Numbered from the stretch's first letter, positions 17,019 to 27,865 are shown. The stretch: DNA of 64,000 nucleotides from Candidatus Sericytochromatia bacterium (GCA_036676985.1 JAKFBU010000039.1:1-64000); one strand, 5' to 3'. Numbers and translations: made by a program. Notes: generated by a model not told the origin, from the sequence alone.

Positions 17019-18377
17019 ATGTCACAACGCGTCTTCCGGCTGGCGGTCCTGTCCGTGCTCCTCATGGGCCTGCTTGGCTGTCAAAAGCGGCCCCCCGAGG
17101 CCGATCAGGCCGCCCAGCAGCCCCCCAAGGCCGACTACGTCGCCCCGCCCGTCCCCGGCGCCAACCGCGACCTGGCCGGCCAGCGCATCACCTTCTACGG
17201 CGACGCCGTGGGCCTCGCCGCGGCCCTCGACAAGGTCACGGCCAAGCGCTTCGAGGAGGACACGGGCATCCAGGTCCGGGTCGTGCCCCGCCCCAACAGC
17301 GCCAACGAGACCTACGCCACCTACATGCGCCTCTTCCAGGCCAAGAGCCCCGACGCGGACGTGCTCACGCTCGACGTCATCTGGCCGGGGGCCATGGCGC
17401 CCCACCTGCTCGATCTGAGCGATCGCTTCCAGACCGAGGCCCCCGAGCACCTCCCGGTCATCCGCGAGAACAACACCATCGACGGGCGGCTGGTCGCGAT
17501 CCCCTGGTACGTGGACGTGCCCTTCCTCTACTACCGCAAGGACCTGCTCACCAAGTACGGCTTCCGCCGGCCGCCGACCACCTGGGACGAGCTGGAGCGC
17601 ATGGCCGCGACCATCCAGGAGGGCGAGCGCCAGACGGCGCCCCGCTTCACGGGCTACGTCTGGCAGGGCAACACCTACGAGGGCCTGACCTGCAACGCCC
17701 TCGAGTGGCAGGTCAGCCAAGGCGGCGGCAACTTCGTCGACCCAGGCACCGGGCAGGTGCGGATCCACGACCCGCAGGCGATCGCGGCCTTCCGCCGGGC
17801 GGCCCGGTGGGTGGGCGGCATCTCGCCGCGCGGGGTGACGGGCTACCAGGAGGAAGACGCCCGCAACATCTTCCAGGGCGGCAACGCGGTCTTCATGCGC
17901 AACTGGCCCTATGCCTACGCGGCGGCCAACACGCCGGACTCGCCCGTCCGCGGCAAGATCGGGGCCGTCCCCCTGCCCCGGGGCACCCTGAACGACCGAT
18001 CGGCCTCGACCCTCGGAGGCTGGCAGCTGGGTGTTTCCGGCTACACCCGCCATCCCGAGGCGGCCGCGGCCTTCGTGCGCTACATGACCAGCCCCGTGGT
18101 CGAGGCCTGGCGTGCCGAGGTGGGAAGCTACCTGCCGACCCGCACGGGCCTCTACCGGGACATGGCCCTCCTGAAGCGTCAGCCGCTCTTGCAGGTGGTG
18201 GCTCCCGTCCTCTCGGCGGCGGTCGCGCGCCCCAGCAGCGTCGCCCGCGAGGCCTACAACGAGGTGAGCACCCTCTACTTCCAGGGGGTGGCGGACATCC
18301 TTCTAGGCGGCGATGCCGAAAAGGTGACAGCCGAGATGCAGGCGGACATCGAGCGGCTCTTGAGGGCCGAGCGATGA
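17019..18377 (+). CDS. sugar ABC transporter substrate-binding lipoprotein (trehalose/maltose type)
   Basis: Lipobox LLGC; DVIW, LYYRKDLL, YEGLTCNALE, FMRNWPYAY and LGGW motifs. Confidence 0.92.
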   Translation: MSQRVFRLAVLSVLLMGLLGCQKRPPEADQAAQQPPKADYVAPPVPGANRDLAGQRITFYGDAVGLAAALDKVTAKRFEEDTGIQVRVVPRPNSANETYATYMRLFQAKSPDADVLTLDVIWPGAMAPHLLDLSDRFQTEAPEHLPVIRENNTIDGRLVAIPWYVDVPFLYYRKDLLTKYGFRRPPTTWDELERMAATIQEGERQTAPRFTGYVWQGNTYEGLTCNALEWQVSQGGGNFVDPGTGQVRIHDPQAIAAFRRAARWVGGISPRGVTGYQEEDARNIFQGGNAVFMRNWPYAYAAANTPDSPVRGKIGAVPLPRGTLNDRSASTLGGWQLGVSGYTRHPEAAAAFVRYMTSPVVEAWRAEVGSYLPTRTGLYRDMALLKRQPLLQVVAPVLSAAVARPSSVAREAYNEVSTLYFQGVADILLGGDAEKVTAEMQADIERLLRAER

Positions 18378-19273
18378 ACGAGCGGCTGTCGCTGTATGCG
18401 GAGCGCGTCCGCTTCGCCTGGATCCTCTTGCTCCCCATGCTGCTCGTGGTGGCGCTGGTGGCGGTCTACCCGCTCCTGCAGACCATCGGCTACAGCTTCA
18501 CCGACGCGCGCATGGCCTCACCCCGGCCGGTCCACTTCGTGGGGCTCGCCAACTACCTCGAGCTCGTCACGGACCGCCGCTTCCAGTCGAGCCTGCGGAT
18601 CACGCTCCTGTTCACGCTCGTGACGATCGGCTTCGAGCTCGCCCTGGGGCTGGCGGTCGCACTCATCATCAACAGCCGGTTCAAGGGGCGCGGTTTGCTG
18701 CGCGCGGCCATGCTCGTGCCGTGGGCCATCCCCACGGCGGTCTCGGCCCAGATGTGGAAGTGGATGTACAACGACATCTACGGGGTGGTGAACGATATGG
18801 CGCTGCGATTGGGCCTCATCGCCCAGCCCATGGCCTGGATCGCGGATGCCCGCTACATCCTGCCCGCCGTCTGCGCGGTGGACATCTGGAAGGCCACGCC
18901 GTTTGTGGCCCTCCTGCTCCTGGCGGGCCTGCAGGTCATCCCCACCGAGCTCTACGAGGCCGCGCGGGTGGACGGCGCGAGCCGGTGGCAGCAGTTCATG
19001 CGGATCACCCTGCCCCTGTTGCGGCCGGCGATCGCCGTCACGCTCGTCTTCCGCACCCTGGACGCCCTGCGCGTCTTCGACCTCTTCTACGTGATGATCG
19101 GCAACCGACGCGGCTTCCAGACGGTCGCCGTCTACAACCAGCAGGTGCTCGTCGACTTCTCGCGCATCGGCGACGGCTCGGCCGTGAGCATCGCGATCTT
19201 CGCCCTGATCGCCGTCTTCGTGGTCCTCTACGTCACCTGGTTCAAGGTCGGGGAGGTCGAGAATGCCCGCTAG
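18374..19273 (+). CDS. carbohydrate ABC transporter permease (MalF-like)
   Basis: EAA loop LYEAARVDGASRWQQFMRITLPLL; ATGA overlap with the binding-protein gene. Confidence 0.93.
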   Translation: MNERLSLYAERVRFAWILLLPMLLVVALVAVYPLLQTIGYSFTDARMASPRPVHFVGLANYLELVTDRRFQSSLRITLLFTLVTIGFELALGLAVALIINSRFKGRGLLRAAMLVPWAIPTAVSAQMWKWMYNDIYGVVNDMALRLGLIAQPMAWIADARYILPAVCAVDIWKATPFVALLLLAGLQVIPTELYEAARVDGASRWQQFMRITLPLLRPAIAVTLVFRTLDALRVFDLFYVMIGNRRGFQTVAVYNQQVLVDFSRIGDGSAVSIAIFALIAVFVVLYVTWFKVGEVENAR

Positions 19274-20117
19274 CCGCCTCTTCAAGCTCCTCGGGAGCGG
19301 TGCTTTCTACCTCACGGTGCTCGTGGTCGTGGCGTTCACGCTCTTTCCCTTCTACTGGGCGATCGTGACGTCCCTCAAGCCGAGCGCCGACATCTTCCGC
19401 GTGCCGGTGCAGTACTGGCCGGAGCGCCTGACGCTGGAGCACTACCAGACGGTGCTGACCAACGGCCAGTTCCTCACGGCCTTGGGCAACTCGGCGCTGG
19501 TGAGCGTGACGGTGGTGCTCCTGTCGCTCGCCGTGGGGTCCATGGCGGCCTATGCGCTCGGGCGCTTCGAGTTCCGGGGGCGGCGGGCCACCCTCTACGT
19601 CGTGCTCGCCATGACCATGTTCCCGCAGATCGCGGTGTTGGGCGGGCTCTACACCATCATCAACCAGCTGGGGCTCTTCAACCGGCTGCCCTCCCTGATG
19701 CTCAGCTACCTGCTCTTCACCACGCCCTTCACGGTGTGGGTGCTGGTGCAGTTCATGGCCTCGTTGCCCAAGGACCTGGAGGATGCGGCCTACATCGACG
19801 GGGCGAGCTCCTTACAGACGTTCTGGCGGGTCATGCTGCCCCTGGCGCTGCCGGGTCTCGTCACCACGGGCCTGTTGGCCTTCATCCAGGCGTGGAACGA
19901 GTTTCTCTACGCCCTGTCCTTCATCCAGTCGCCCGAGCGCTACACCGTGACCCGCGCCATCTTCGGGTTCCAGGGGATCACGGGCAGCGGCTACGAGGTG
20001 CCCTGGGGCCCCATGATGGCGGCCACCGTGGTCGTGACCGTGCCCCTGGTCGTGCTGGTGCTGGTCTTCCAGCGCTGGATCCTGGCCGGGCTCACCTCGG
20101 GCGGGGTCAAGGGCTAG
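19263..20117 (+). CDS. carbohydrate ABC transporter permease (MalG-like)
   Basis: LEDAAYIDGAS; AWNEF; GLTSGGVKG C-terminus. Confidence 0.93.
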   Translation: MPASRLFKLLGSGAFYLTVLVVVAFTLFPFYWAIVTSLKPSADIFRVPVQYWPERLTLEHYQTVLTNGQFLTALGNSALVSVTVVLLSLAVGSMAAYALGRFEFRGRRATLYVVLAMTMFPQIAVLGGLYTIINQLGLFNRLPSLMLSYLLFTTPFTVWVLVQFMASLPKDLEDAAYIDGASSLQTFWRVMLPLALPGLVTTGLLAFIQAWNEFLYALSFIQSPERYTVTRAIFGFQGITGSGYEVPWGPMMAATVVVTVPLVVLVLVFQRWILAGLTSGGVKG

Positions 20118-20198
20118 AACTCCTCGCTGATTGTTCACCTCGGCGCGCGGCTGGGGTACCCTGGGCCCACGGGATGCGTTGGGGGACCAGGAGGAGCC

Positions 20199-21194
20199 AT
20201 GGCCGAGCCTCGGGTGGTCGTCATCACGGGAGCCTCCGCGGGCGTCGGCCGGGCGACGGCCGTCGCCTTCGCCCGAGAGGGCGCGCGCGTCGCGCTGCTC
20301 GCGCGCGGGCACGCCGGGCTCGAGGCCGCCAAGGCCGACGTGGACGCAGCGGGCGGTCAGGCGCTCGTCGTGCCCACCGACGTTAGCGACCCCGACGCCG
20401 TCGAGGCCGCGGCCGCCCAGGTCGAGGCGGCCTTCGGCCCTATCGACGTCTGGGTCAACAACGCCATGACCTCGGTCTTCTCGCCCGTCTCCCAGATGAC
20501 GCCCGCCGAATTCAAGCGCGTGACCGAGGTGACCTACCTCGGCTACGTCTACGGGACGCTCGCGGCCCTCACGCGCATGCGGCCGCGCGACCGGGGCGTC
20601 ATCGTCCAGGTGGGCTCGGCCCTCGCCTACCGCAGCATCCCCCTGCAGTCCGCCTACTGCGCCGCCAAGCATGCCATCGTGGGCTTCACGGACAGCCTCC
20701 GCTCGGAGCTTTTGCACGACCAGAGCAACATCCGGATCACGGCCGTTCACCTGCCGGCCCTCAACACCCCGCAGTTCGAGTGGGTGCGCAGCCGGCTCCC
20801 CCGCAAGGCGCAGCCCGTGCCGCCCATCTTCCAGCCCGAGGTGGCCGCCGACGCCATCGTCTGGGCCAGCCGGAACCGGCGCCGCGAGCTCTTCGTGGCC
20901 TCCCCCACGTTCGCGGCCGTCCTCGGCCAGAAGCTCATCCCGGGCCTGCTCGATCGCTACCTGTCCACGGCCGGCTACGCGGGCCAGCAGACGCTGGAGC
21001 CCGCGGCCCCCCGAGCCGACAACCTGGACGCTCCGCTCGACGAGACCCGGGACTACGGTGCCCACGGACGCTTCGACGGCCGATCGACCAGCCGCAGCCC
21101 GGCCCTGTGGCTGAGCGAGAACCGGCGACCGCTGCTCGCGGTCGTGGGCCTCGCGGGCCTTGGGCTGGCCGCCGCCCGAAGGAGGCGACGCTGA
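20199..21194 (+). CDS. short-chain dehydrogenase/reductase
   Basis: TGASAGVG, WVNNA, YCAAKH; AGGAGG RBS. Confidence 0.92.
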   Translation: MAEPRVVVITGASAGVGRATAVAFAREGARVALLARGHAGLEAAKADVDAAGGQALVVPTDVSDPDAVEAAAAQVEAAFGPIDVWVNNAMTSVFSPVSQMTPAEFKRVTEVTYLGYVYGTLAALTRMRPRDRGVIVQVGSALAYRSIPLQSAYCAAKHAIVGFTDSLRSELLHDQSNIRITAVHLPALNTPQFEWVRSRLPRKAQPVPPIFQPEVAADAIVWASRNRRRELFVASPTFAAVLGQKLIPGLLDRYLSTAGYAGQQTLEPAAPRADNLDAPLDETRDYGAHGRFDGRSTSRSPALWLSENRRPLLAVVGLAGLGLAAARRRRR

Positions 21195-21257
21195 GCTCGG
21201 ACGCTGCTTCGGACCGCCGACTGGTCGGGCCGGCGAGCCTGCTGAAGGGAGGTTGCG

Positions 21258-21476
21258 ATGGATCCGCGCACCGTCGAGCGACAGGAGCGCACGCCTTTCG
21301 AAGAGGGCCTCTCCCTCTTGCCCTACGCCCGCGTCAACCTGCGCATGCACCGTCGGCGCATCGGCTGGGGGGTGCTCGCGGCGATCGCGGCCGCTGGCTT
21401 GGGCTGGCTCGCCGCGCGTCCTACTCCCGTACGTTCGCGAAGGCCTCGCGCAGGAAGGCGATTCCAAAACCGGTAG
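21258..21476 (+). CDS. small single-TM hypothetical protein
   Basis: GGGAGG RBS 5 nt before ATG; hydrophobic IGWGVLAAIAAAGLGWLAA; the 3' end overlaps the convergent gene by 56 nt. Confidence 0.45.
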   Translation: MDPRTVERQERTPFEEGLSLLPYARVNLRMHRRRIGWGVLAAIAAAGLGWLAARPTPVRSRRPRAGRRFQNR

Positions 21477-23154
21477 CCTGACCCTTGAGGACCATGGGCG
21501 GGAAGGGGACCTCGTTGGGCTCGACCACCGCGTCGATGAGCGCGGGCTTGCCGGAGTCCATGGCCGCCCGGATGGCGTCGTGGACGTCCTCCGGGCGCTC
21601 GACGCGCACGCCGAAGCCCCCGCAGGCCTCGGCCAGCTTCACGTAGTCCGGGTTCACGAAGTGCACGCCGAACTCGGGCACGCCCAGCGCCTCCTCCTCG
21701 TACTTGATGAGGCTGAGCTTGCCGTTGTCGAAGATGGTCACGATGATGGGCAGGCCGTACTGCACGGCCGTCATGAACTCGCCCATGGTCATGTTGAAGC
21801 TGCCGTCGCCGATGGCCGCGATCACCTGGCGATCGGGGTGGGCGAACTTGGCGCCGATGGCGTAGGGCAGGGCGCACTGCATGGTCATCAGCAGGCCCGA
21901 GCCGATGAAGCGCTGGCGCCCGTTGACCATGAAGTTGCGCGCCATCCACGTGAGGTTGGCGCCCGAGTCGGTGGTGATGATGGCGTCCTCGTCGGCCAGG
22001 TCCTGGAGGGCCCGGGCGACGACCTGCGGACGCATGGGCACCCGGTCGCTGTGGGACTGGCGCTCCATGAGGTCGTTCCACTCCGTGCGCGCGGCCTGCA
22101 TCTTCGTCAGCCAGCCGCGGTCCCGGTGGCGGGCGCACTTGGTGAGCAGCTCACGGCTGGCGAGGGCCACGTCCGCGCAGGCCCCGAGGTCCACCGCATG
22201 GCGCTTGCCGATCTGGTAGGGGTCGCGGTCGATCTGGATCGTCACGCACTGGCCGGGCTTGGGCAGGAACTCCACGTACGGGAACGAGGTGCCGAGCATC
22301 AGGATCAGGTCCGCCCCCATGACGGCCTCGACCGAGGACCGGGTGCCCAGGTACCCGAGGCCGCCCAGCACGTGCGGATCGAAGTCCGAGACGATCTCCT
22401 TGCCCCAGAGCGCCTTGATGATGGGAGCACCCAGGCGATCGGCGAGCCTCACGACCGTGTCGCCCGCTCCCTGGCAGCCGCGCCCGATGAGCAGCACGGG
22501 CCGCCGCGCTCGGTCGAGCACCTGGACGATCGGCTCGAGGTCAGTGGGATCGGGGGCGAGGATCGGGCTCGAGAAGCGGCAATCGGCCACCTTGGCGTCC
22601 CGGGGCAGGACCGCGAGCCCCACGTCCATGGGCACCGTGAGCAGGGCCGGCCCGTGCTCGGCGTAGGCCGCGCGGATGGCGCTGGAGGTGAGCAATCGGG
22701 CGTTCTGGGGCGCCATGAGGCTGCGGTTCCAGACGGTGCAGGCCGCGAACTCGAGGTCCGGGCGGTACTCCTGGAGATGGTCGGTCCCCATGCCGAGCGT
22801 CGTGGTGTTGCCGACCAGTGCGAGCACGGGGACCCGATCCGCGTGGGCCTCCGCGAGGCCGTTCAGGAGGTGGTAGGCCCCCGGGCCGCCCGTGGCGAGG
22901 CAGGCCGCGATCCGGCCCGTCAGCTTGGCATGGGCCGTGGCCATGAGGGCCGCGTTCTCCTCGTGGCGGACGAGCACGAAGCGGATCTTGTCCTGGTGCT
23001 TGTAGAGGCCGTTGAGGAGGCCGTCCACGTTGTCGCCCGGGATGCCGAAGACCAGGTCGATCCCCCAGTCGACGAGGGTCTCGATGACGGCCTCGCCGAC
23101 GGTCTTCTCGGTGTTCGAGCGGACCTGATCGAAGGGTGAGCGAGACAAGGGCAT
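21421..23154 (-). CDS. thiamine pyrophosphate enzyme, pyruvate oxidase/PoxB family
   Basis: FGIPGD, VRHEENAA, GPGAYHLLNGL and the TPP motif GDGSF...FDN; GGAGG RBS. Confidence 0.9.
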   Translation of the reverse strand: MPLSRSPFDQVRSNTEKTVGEAVIETLVDWGIDLVFGIPGDNVDGLLNGLYKHQDKIRFVLVRHEENAALMATAHAKLTGRIAACLATGGPGAYHLLNGLAEAHADRVPVLALVGNTTTLGMGTDHLQEYRPDLEFAACTVWNRSLMAPQNARLLTSSAIRAAYAEHGPALLTVPMDVGLAVLPRDAKVADCRFSSPILAPDPTDLEPIVQVLDRARRPVLLIGRGCQGAGDTVVRLADRLGAPIIKALWGKEIVSDFDPHVLGGLGYLGTRSSVEAVMGADLILMLGTSFPYVEFLPKPGQCVTIQIDRDPYQIGKRHAVDLGACADVALASRELLTKCARHRDRGWLTKMQAARTEWNDLMERQSHSDRVPMRPQVVARALQDLADEDAIITTDSGANLTWMARNFMVNGRQRFIGSGLLMTMQCALPYAIGAKFAHPDRQVIAAIGDGSFNMTMGEFMTAVQYGLPIIVTIFDNGKLSLIKYEEEALGVPEFGVHFVNPDYVKLAEACGGFGVRVERPEDVHDAIRAAMDSGKPALIDAVVEPNEVPFPPMVLKGQATGFGIAFLREAFANVRE

Positions 23155-23169
23155 GGCCACCTCCCATGA

Positions 23170-23216
23170 CGGATCCCGGTAGTTGCTAGTGCTAGCCTAG
23201 CAACTACCGGGATCCG
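23170..23216. repeat. perfect 20-bp inverted repeat upstream of the pyruvate oxidase RBS
   Basis: CGGATCCCGGTAGTTGCTAG-TGCTAGC-CTAGCAACTACCGGGATCCG. Confidence 0.8.
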
Positions 23217-23282
23217 GGGGCGACGGTCAATGCGCCGAAGATCCCGCGGCCATTCCTCGCTCGCCGAGGGCTACGACGGAAA

Positions 23283-23310
23283 CGGCCCCCGGACGCGTGT
23301 CCGGGGGCCG
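23283..23310 (-). terminator. terminator after the cytochrome c peroxidase gene
   Basis: CGGCCCCCGGAC-GCGT-GTCCGGGGGCCG followed by TTT on the minus strand. Confidence 0.7.
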
Positions 23311-23325
23311 AGGTCTGTCTGCTGG

Positions 23326-24375
23326 CTATGGAAGCTTGGGAGCCGTCTGCTTCGGGAAGGTGCCCGTGAGGCTGCTCAGGAAGGCGACGATGTCCTTGAC
23401 CTCGTTGTCCTTGAAGTCGCGGTTGAGCTGAGCCTTGCCCATCACGCGCACGGCCTCTTCGAGGGTCTTGACCTTGCCGTTGTGGAAGTACGGGGCCGTG
23501 AGCGCCACGTTGCGCCAGGTGGGCACGCGCCACATGTGGCGATCGGGCTCGCTCTTGGTCACGCTGTAGCGGCCGGTGTCCGCCTTGAGGTCGTACTTGG
23601 CCGTGTAGGCGCTCTCGAAGCGCGGGAACGGCATGAAGAAGCCCTTGCCCTCGCTCATGGGAGGACCGGCGAAGTTGGGGCCGGTGTGGCAGGAGGTGCA
23701 GCCCGACTTCTGGACCAGGTCCATGCCGCGCAGGGCGGCGGGGGTCAGGGCCTTCTGGTCGCCCTTCACGTAGCGGTCGAAGGGGCTGTTGGTAGTGACG
23801 AGCGTGCGCTCGTAGGCCGCGATCGCCTTGGCGACGTTGTCGATGGTGAGCGAGTCCGCGCCGCCGAAGACGGTCTTGAACTGGCTCACGTAGCCCGGCA
23901 CCTGCTGGAGGCGCTTGACGACCACGTCGTGGTTGGGGTTGCCCATCTCGACGGGATTGACCATGGGGCCCTTGGCCTGCTCCTCGAGGTTCTTGGCGCG
24001 GCCATCCCAGAACTGGGCCGAAAGGAAGCCGGAGTTCCAGACGGTGGGTGCGGACCGGCCGCCCGTCTTGCCGTGCACGCCGAGCGAGGTGGCGCGGTTG
24101 TCGTCGCCGCCCTTCATGACGTTGTGGCAAGAGTTGCAGGAGACGGTCCCGGTGCTCGAGAGGCGGGTGTCGAAGTAGAGCTGCTTGCCGAGCTCCACCT
24201 TGGCGGGGGTCGTGGGGTTGTTCTTGGGAGCGGGGGCCTTGTCTGGTAGGATGTAGGCGGCCCAGTTGGAGCCCGGGGAGAACTGGGCGCGGCTCTCGCC
24301 CGCGGACAGCGCGATCCCGGCGCCGGCGATCAGGGCGGCGACGAGCCAGCCCGCCGAATGCTTGCCTGCTTTCAT
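23326..24375 (-). CDS. di-haem cytochrome c peroxidase (bacterial CCP/MauG family)
   Basis: Two CxxCH motifs (CNSCH, CTSCH), QFWDGRA, RNVALTAPYFHNG; signal peptide. Confidence 0.93.
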   Translation of the reverse strand: MKAGKHSAGWLVAALIAGAGIALSAGESRAQFSPGSNWAAYILPDKAPAPKNNPTTPAKVELGKQLYFDTRLSSTGTVSCNSCHNVMKGGDDNRATSLGVHGKTGGRSAPTVWNSGFLSAQFWDGRAKNLEEQAKGPMVNPVEMGNPNHDVVVKRLQQVPGYVSQFKTVFGGADSLTIDNVAKAIAAYERTLVTTNSPFDRYVKGDQKALTPAALRGMDLVQKSGCTSCHTGPNFAGPPMSEGKGFFMPFPRFESAYTAKYDLKADTGRYSVTKSEPDRHMWRVPTWRNVALTAPYFHNGKVKTLEEAVRVMGKAQLNRDFKDNEVKDIVAFLSSLTGTFPKQTAPKLP

Positions 24376-24504
24376 CGTGAGGGTCCTCAAGGTCAAAAGG
24401 GGTTGCTGTTGCCCTCCGTTATAGCGCCGACCTGAGAGCCCGTCAACCGATTGAAACCCTGGTACTGACCCGCTTTCAGAGCCACTTTACGTCTGGATGT
24501 CACC

Positions 24505-25191
24505 ATGCACCGATTTCATGCTTTCTTCATCCTGGTTATGTTCCTCGTCCTGCCGCGCCCGGCGTTGGCGCAGGAGGTCTGGACGCTGTACGAGGTGCGC
24601 GTGCCGCTCACCGAGGAGCGATCGCTCATCCCCAACTACTTCCGGATCCTGAACGACTACCGGTATGGGCCGGGGTACCCGTGGATCGGGCAGGCGCTCC
24701 TGCGGATCGGGCCCATGTGGGACCTGCATCCGAACCTGGCCTTGGCGACGAACTTCACCTCGAACGTGGAGCAGTCGTCGCCGGGAGTGTTCGAGCAGGA
24801 GTTCCGGGGAGAGCTGGAGCCGCACCTGCGGTGGCGGCTGGGGGACTTGAGCTTCAACAACCGGCACCGGCTGGAGATGCGGCGGTTTCCGGCGGAGACG
24901 CGGTGGCGGTACCGGACGCAGCTGCGGCTGACGATCCAGCGGCCGGAGGCCGTGTGGGCGCCCTTCGTGTCGGACGAGATCTTCGCGGATCCGTCGACCG
25001 GGACGTGGAACCAGCACCGCCTGACGGCGGGGCTGTCGTACCTGTACAGCGCGAACGCGCGCACGGACATCGGGTACCTGCTGCGCTCGAAGCTCGCGGG
25101 GTCGGCATGGGAGTCGGATCACGTGGTGTCGGTGTCGCTGGTGTTCAACCCCAAGGTGGCGCCGATATTGACGGATCCAGCGGGGGATTAG
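24505..25191 (+). CDS. DUF2490 family outer-membrane beta-barrel protein
   Basis: Signal peptide ...ALA; RHRLEMR, RYRTQLR, SDEIF and QHRL.AG amphipathic strands. Confidence 0.75.
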   Translation: MHRFHAFFILVMFLVLPRPALAQEVWTLYEVRVPLTEERSLIPNYFRILNDYRYGPGYPWIGQALLRIGPMWDLHPNLALATNFTSNVEQSSPGVFEQEFRGELEPHLRWRLGDLSFNNRHRLEMRRFPAETRWRYRTQLRLTIQRPEAVWAPFVSDEIFADPSTGTWNQHRLTAGLSYLYSANARTDIGYLLRSKLAGSAWESDHVVSVSLVFNPKVAPILTDPAGD

Positions 25192-25202
25192 CACCCCCCT
25201 GC

Positions 25203-25361
25203 CCAGTTACCACCCCCCCATCCCCCCCTGCTTCGCAAGGGGGGCTTATAGCGGACGGCCCCCTGGCGGGGGCAGATTCGTCGTGAGCAACTCATTCAAA
25301 AATCCTGCGCAGCAGGACTCTCTGTGCCCCCCTTGCGAAGCAGGGGGGGAAGGGGGGGTCA
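25203..25361. repeat. ~160-bp MITE-like structured element (family B), copy 1
   Basis: Terminal inverted arms CCCCCCTGCTTCGCAAGGGGGG / CCCCCCTTGCGAAGCAGGGGGG; closely similar to 37125-37289; lies between convergent genes. Confidence 0.85.
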
Positions 25362-25385
25362 CCCCAGTCGCCCCTCCCAGTAGAA

Positions 25386-25415
25386 AAGCCGCCCCGTCGA
25401 ACGACAGGGCGGCTT
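25386..25415 (-). terminator. terminator after pckG
   Basis: AAGCCGCCC...GGGCGGCTT hairpin with TTTT on the minus strand. Confidence 0.65.
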
Positions 25416-25428
25416 GCGAGCTAGAATC

Positions 25429-27270
25429 CTACTCGCAGATTTCCGGCGCCAGGCGCCAGTGCTCGGGCGAACGCCAGAGCCGCGACACCAAGAGCTCCCG
25501 CTCGAACAGGAACTCCTTGGGCAGCTTGTCCAGCAAGCCGAAGAAGAACTCCTCGTGCGACAGCGTCTCACGCTTCCACGCCTCGCGGTCGATCGACATC
25601 ACGGCGTCGAACTTGCTGAACGTGAAGTCCGAACCCGTCCAGTCGAGATCCTCGTAGCGCGGCATCCAGCCGAGCGGGCTCTCGATGGCGTAGGCGCCAC
25701 CGTGCACGCGGCCGATGATCCACTTGAGGACCCGCATGTTGTCCCCGAAGCCCGACCACAGGAACTTGCCGTCCTGGTCCTTGCGGAACCAGTTGACGTG
25801 GAAGATGCGGGGCGGGTTCTGCAGCTCGCGACCGAACTTCAGCCAGTGGTTGAAGTAATCGGCCATGTGGTAGCCGCAGAAGGGCAGCATCGCCATCGGG
25901 TCGCGGCGCACCGCGCCCAGGGCGCCCATGGCCGCCGCCGTCGTCTCCGAGCCCATGGTCGCGCCCAGGTACACGCCGTGCGCCCAGTTGAAGGCCTGGA
26001 ACACCAGGGGCACGGTCGTCGTGCGGCGACCGCCGAAGATGAACGCGCTGATGGGCACGCCCTGCGGGTTCTCCCAGTCGGGATCGATCGTCGGGTTCTG
26101 GCTCGCCGGCGCGGTGAAGCGCGCGTTGGCGTGCGCCGCCGGACGGCCGCAGTCGGGCGTCCACTCCTGGCCCTGCCAGTCGATGAGCTTGGCGGGGGCC
26201 TCGTCGGTCATGCCCTCCCACCACACGTCACCGTCGGGCGTGAGCGCCACGTTCGTGAAGATCGTGTTCTGCTCGATGGTCTTCATGGCGTTGGGGTTGG
26301 ACTTGTAGGAGGTGCCGGGCGCCACGCCGAAGTACCCGTTCTCCGGGTTGATGGCGTAGACGCGGCCGTCGGGACCGGGCTTGATCCAGGCGATGTCGTC
26401 GCCCACCGTGGTGATGGTCCAGTCGGTCATCGCCGCGGGCGGGATGAGCATCGCGAAGTTGGTCTTGCCGCAGGCCGAGGGGAAGGCCGCCGCCACGTAG
26501 GTCTTCTGACCGTTCGGATCCTTGGCGCCCAGGATGAGCATGTGCTCGGCCATCCAGCCCTCGTCGCGGCCCATCACCGAGGCGATGCGCAGGGCGAGAC
26601 ACTTCTTGCCAAGCAGGGCGTTGCCGCCGTAGCCGCTGCCGTACGACCAGATCGCGCGCTCCTCGGGGAAGTGCACGATGTACTTCTGCTCCTTGTTGCA
26701 GGGCCAGGTGGAGTCCTGCTGGCCGGGCTTCAGAGGAGCGCCCACCGAGTGGAGGCACTGCACGAACTCGTCGTTGCCGAGCGCGTCGAGCACGTGCTGG
26801 CCCATACGGGCCATGATGCGCATGTTCACCACCACGTAGGGCGAGTCGGTGATCTCGATGCCGATCTGGGCGAGCGGCGACCCGATGGGACCCATGCTGA
26901 AGGGCACCACGTACATGGTGCGGCCGCGCATGCTGCCGGTGAAGAGCTCCGTGAGCTTCTTCTTCATCTCGCGCGGATCTTCCCAGTTGTTGGTGGGACC
27001 CGCATCCTCCCTGCGGCGGCTGCAGATGTAGGTGCGATCCTCGACGCGCGCGACGTCGCCCTTGTCCGAACGAGCCAGGAAACTGCCGGGACGCTTCTCG
27101 GGGTTCAGGCGGACGAACGTCCCGTGATCGACCAGCTCGTTGCACAGGCGATCGTACTCTTCCTGGGAGCCATCACACCAGACGACCGATTCCGGCTGGC
27201 ACATGGCCTCGATGTCGCGAACCCAGTCGAGGAGTTTCTGATTGGTCGTTTTCGGTGGGCTGATAATCAT
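25429..27270 (-). CDS. pckG: phosphoenolpyruvate carboxykinase (GTP)
   Basis: [42 protein letters not shown] and [11 protein letters not shown]. Confidence 0.96.
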   Translation of the reverse strand: MIISPPKTTNQKLLDWVRDIEAMCQPESVVWCDGSQEEYDRLCNELVDHGTFVRLNPEKRPGSFLARSDKGDVARVEDRTYICSRRREDAGPTNNWEDPREMKKKLTELFTGSMRGRTMYVVPFSMGPIGSPLAQIGIEITDSPYVVVNMRIMARMGQHVLDALGNDEFVQCLHSVGAPLKPGQQDSTWPCNKEQKYIVHFPEERAIWSYGSGYGGNALLGKKCLALRIASVMGRDEGWMAEHMLILGAKDPNGQKTYVAAAFPSACGKTNFAMLIPPAAMTDWTITTVGDDIAWIKPGPDGRVYAINPENGYFGVAPGTSYKSNPNAMKTIEQNTIFTNVALTPDGDVWWEGMTDEAPAKLIDWQGQEWTPDCGRPAAHANARFTAPASQNPTIDPDWENPQGVPISAFIFGGRRTTTVPLVFQAFNWAHGVYLGATMGSETTAAAMGALGAVRRDPMAMLPFCGYHMADYFNHWLKFGRELQNPPRIFHVNWFRKDQDGKFLWSGFGDNMRVLKWIIGRVHGGAYAIESPLGWMPRYEDLDWTGSDFTFSKFDAVMSIDREAWKRETLSHEEFFFGLLDKLPKEFLFERELLVSRLWRSPEHWRLAPEICE

Positions 27271-27865
27271 CTTTGAGTCTCCTTCCCAACTCGACTCTAC
27301 CGGGCCCCGCACGAGATTACATCCGCAGGAAGCACCGTAGAAATATCACAAACGCTTTACCAGGAGCGCGTTTCGCCCCCCTCAAACGCGACGGACGGTG
27401 TCGACAGGCCATCAACGGCCCTTTGAGACGGACCTAAACGCGATAGGGTCCAAGCATGCGTTGAACGATCGTACCGCATCAGCGCAAATAATGGGGAGAA
27501 ACTACCGATGTGCCGCCCGAACCCGCCGTCCCCCTCGAGCCCTGTTTGCTTGATGCCATCGACCGTCGCGCCTTCTTTAAAGAATTGCTTAACATACCGC
27601 CGCCGACCCCGAAAGGGATGCCCGGGCCCGGGCGCCTCGCAGACCGAGCATTCTAGAAGCCGGCCTCGATCGCACCGTGCAGATCGCCCAGTCCGATCCC
27701 GGACTTCTTGGGCGCGATAGCCGCCCGGTGGCTGCGGGCGCCGCCCCGACCTGCTACCATAGGCGGCACGAAATTTGCCGCACGGATAGCACGCTGGCCT
27801 GAACGTCCGACGATCGCCGCCTCATCCTGCGCTCATGCCGCCCAGGCCTCGCCACGGGGAGGACC

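Noticed and set aside
16919-18373. Long N-terminal extension of the ABC permease ORF
   Set aside because: Off-frame read-through of the binding-protein gene; the permease starts at 18374.
17019-20117. ABC importer lacking an ATPase as a degenerate system
   Set aside because: Carbohydrate ABC operons commonly share an MsmK/MalK-type ATPase encoded elsewhere; all three genes look intact.
27271-27865. Long intergenic region and 70-aa ORF (27508-27720) as ncRNA or small gene
   Set aside because: Only short hairpins, no recognisable RNA motif and atypical codon usage; most simply a divergent promoter region.
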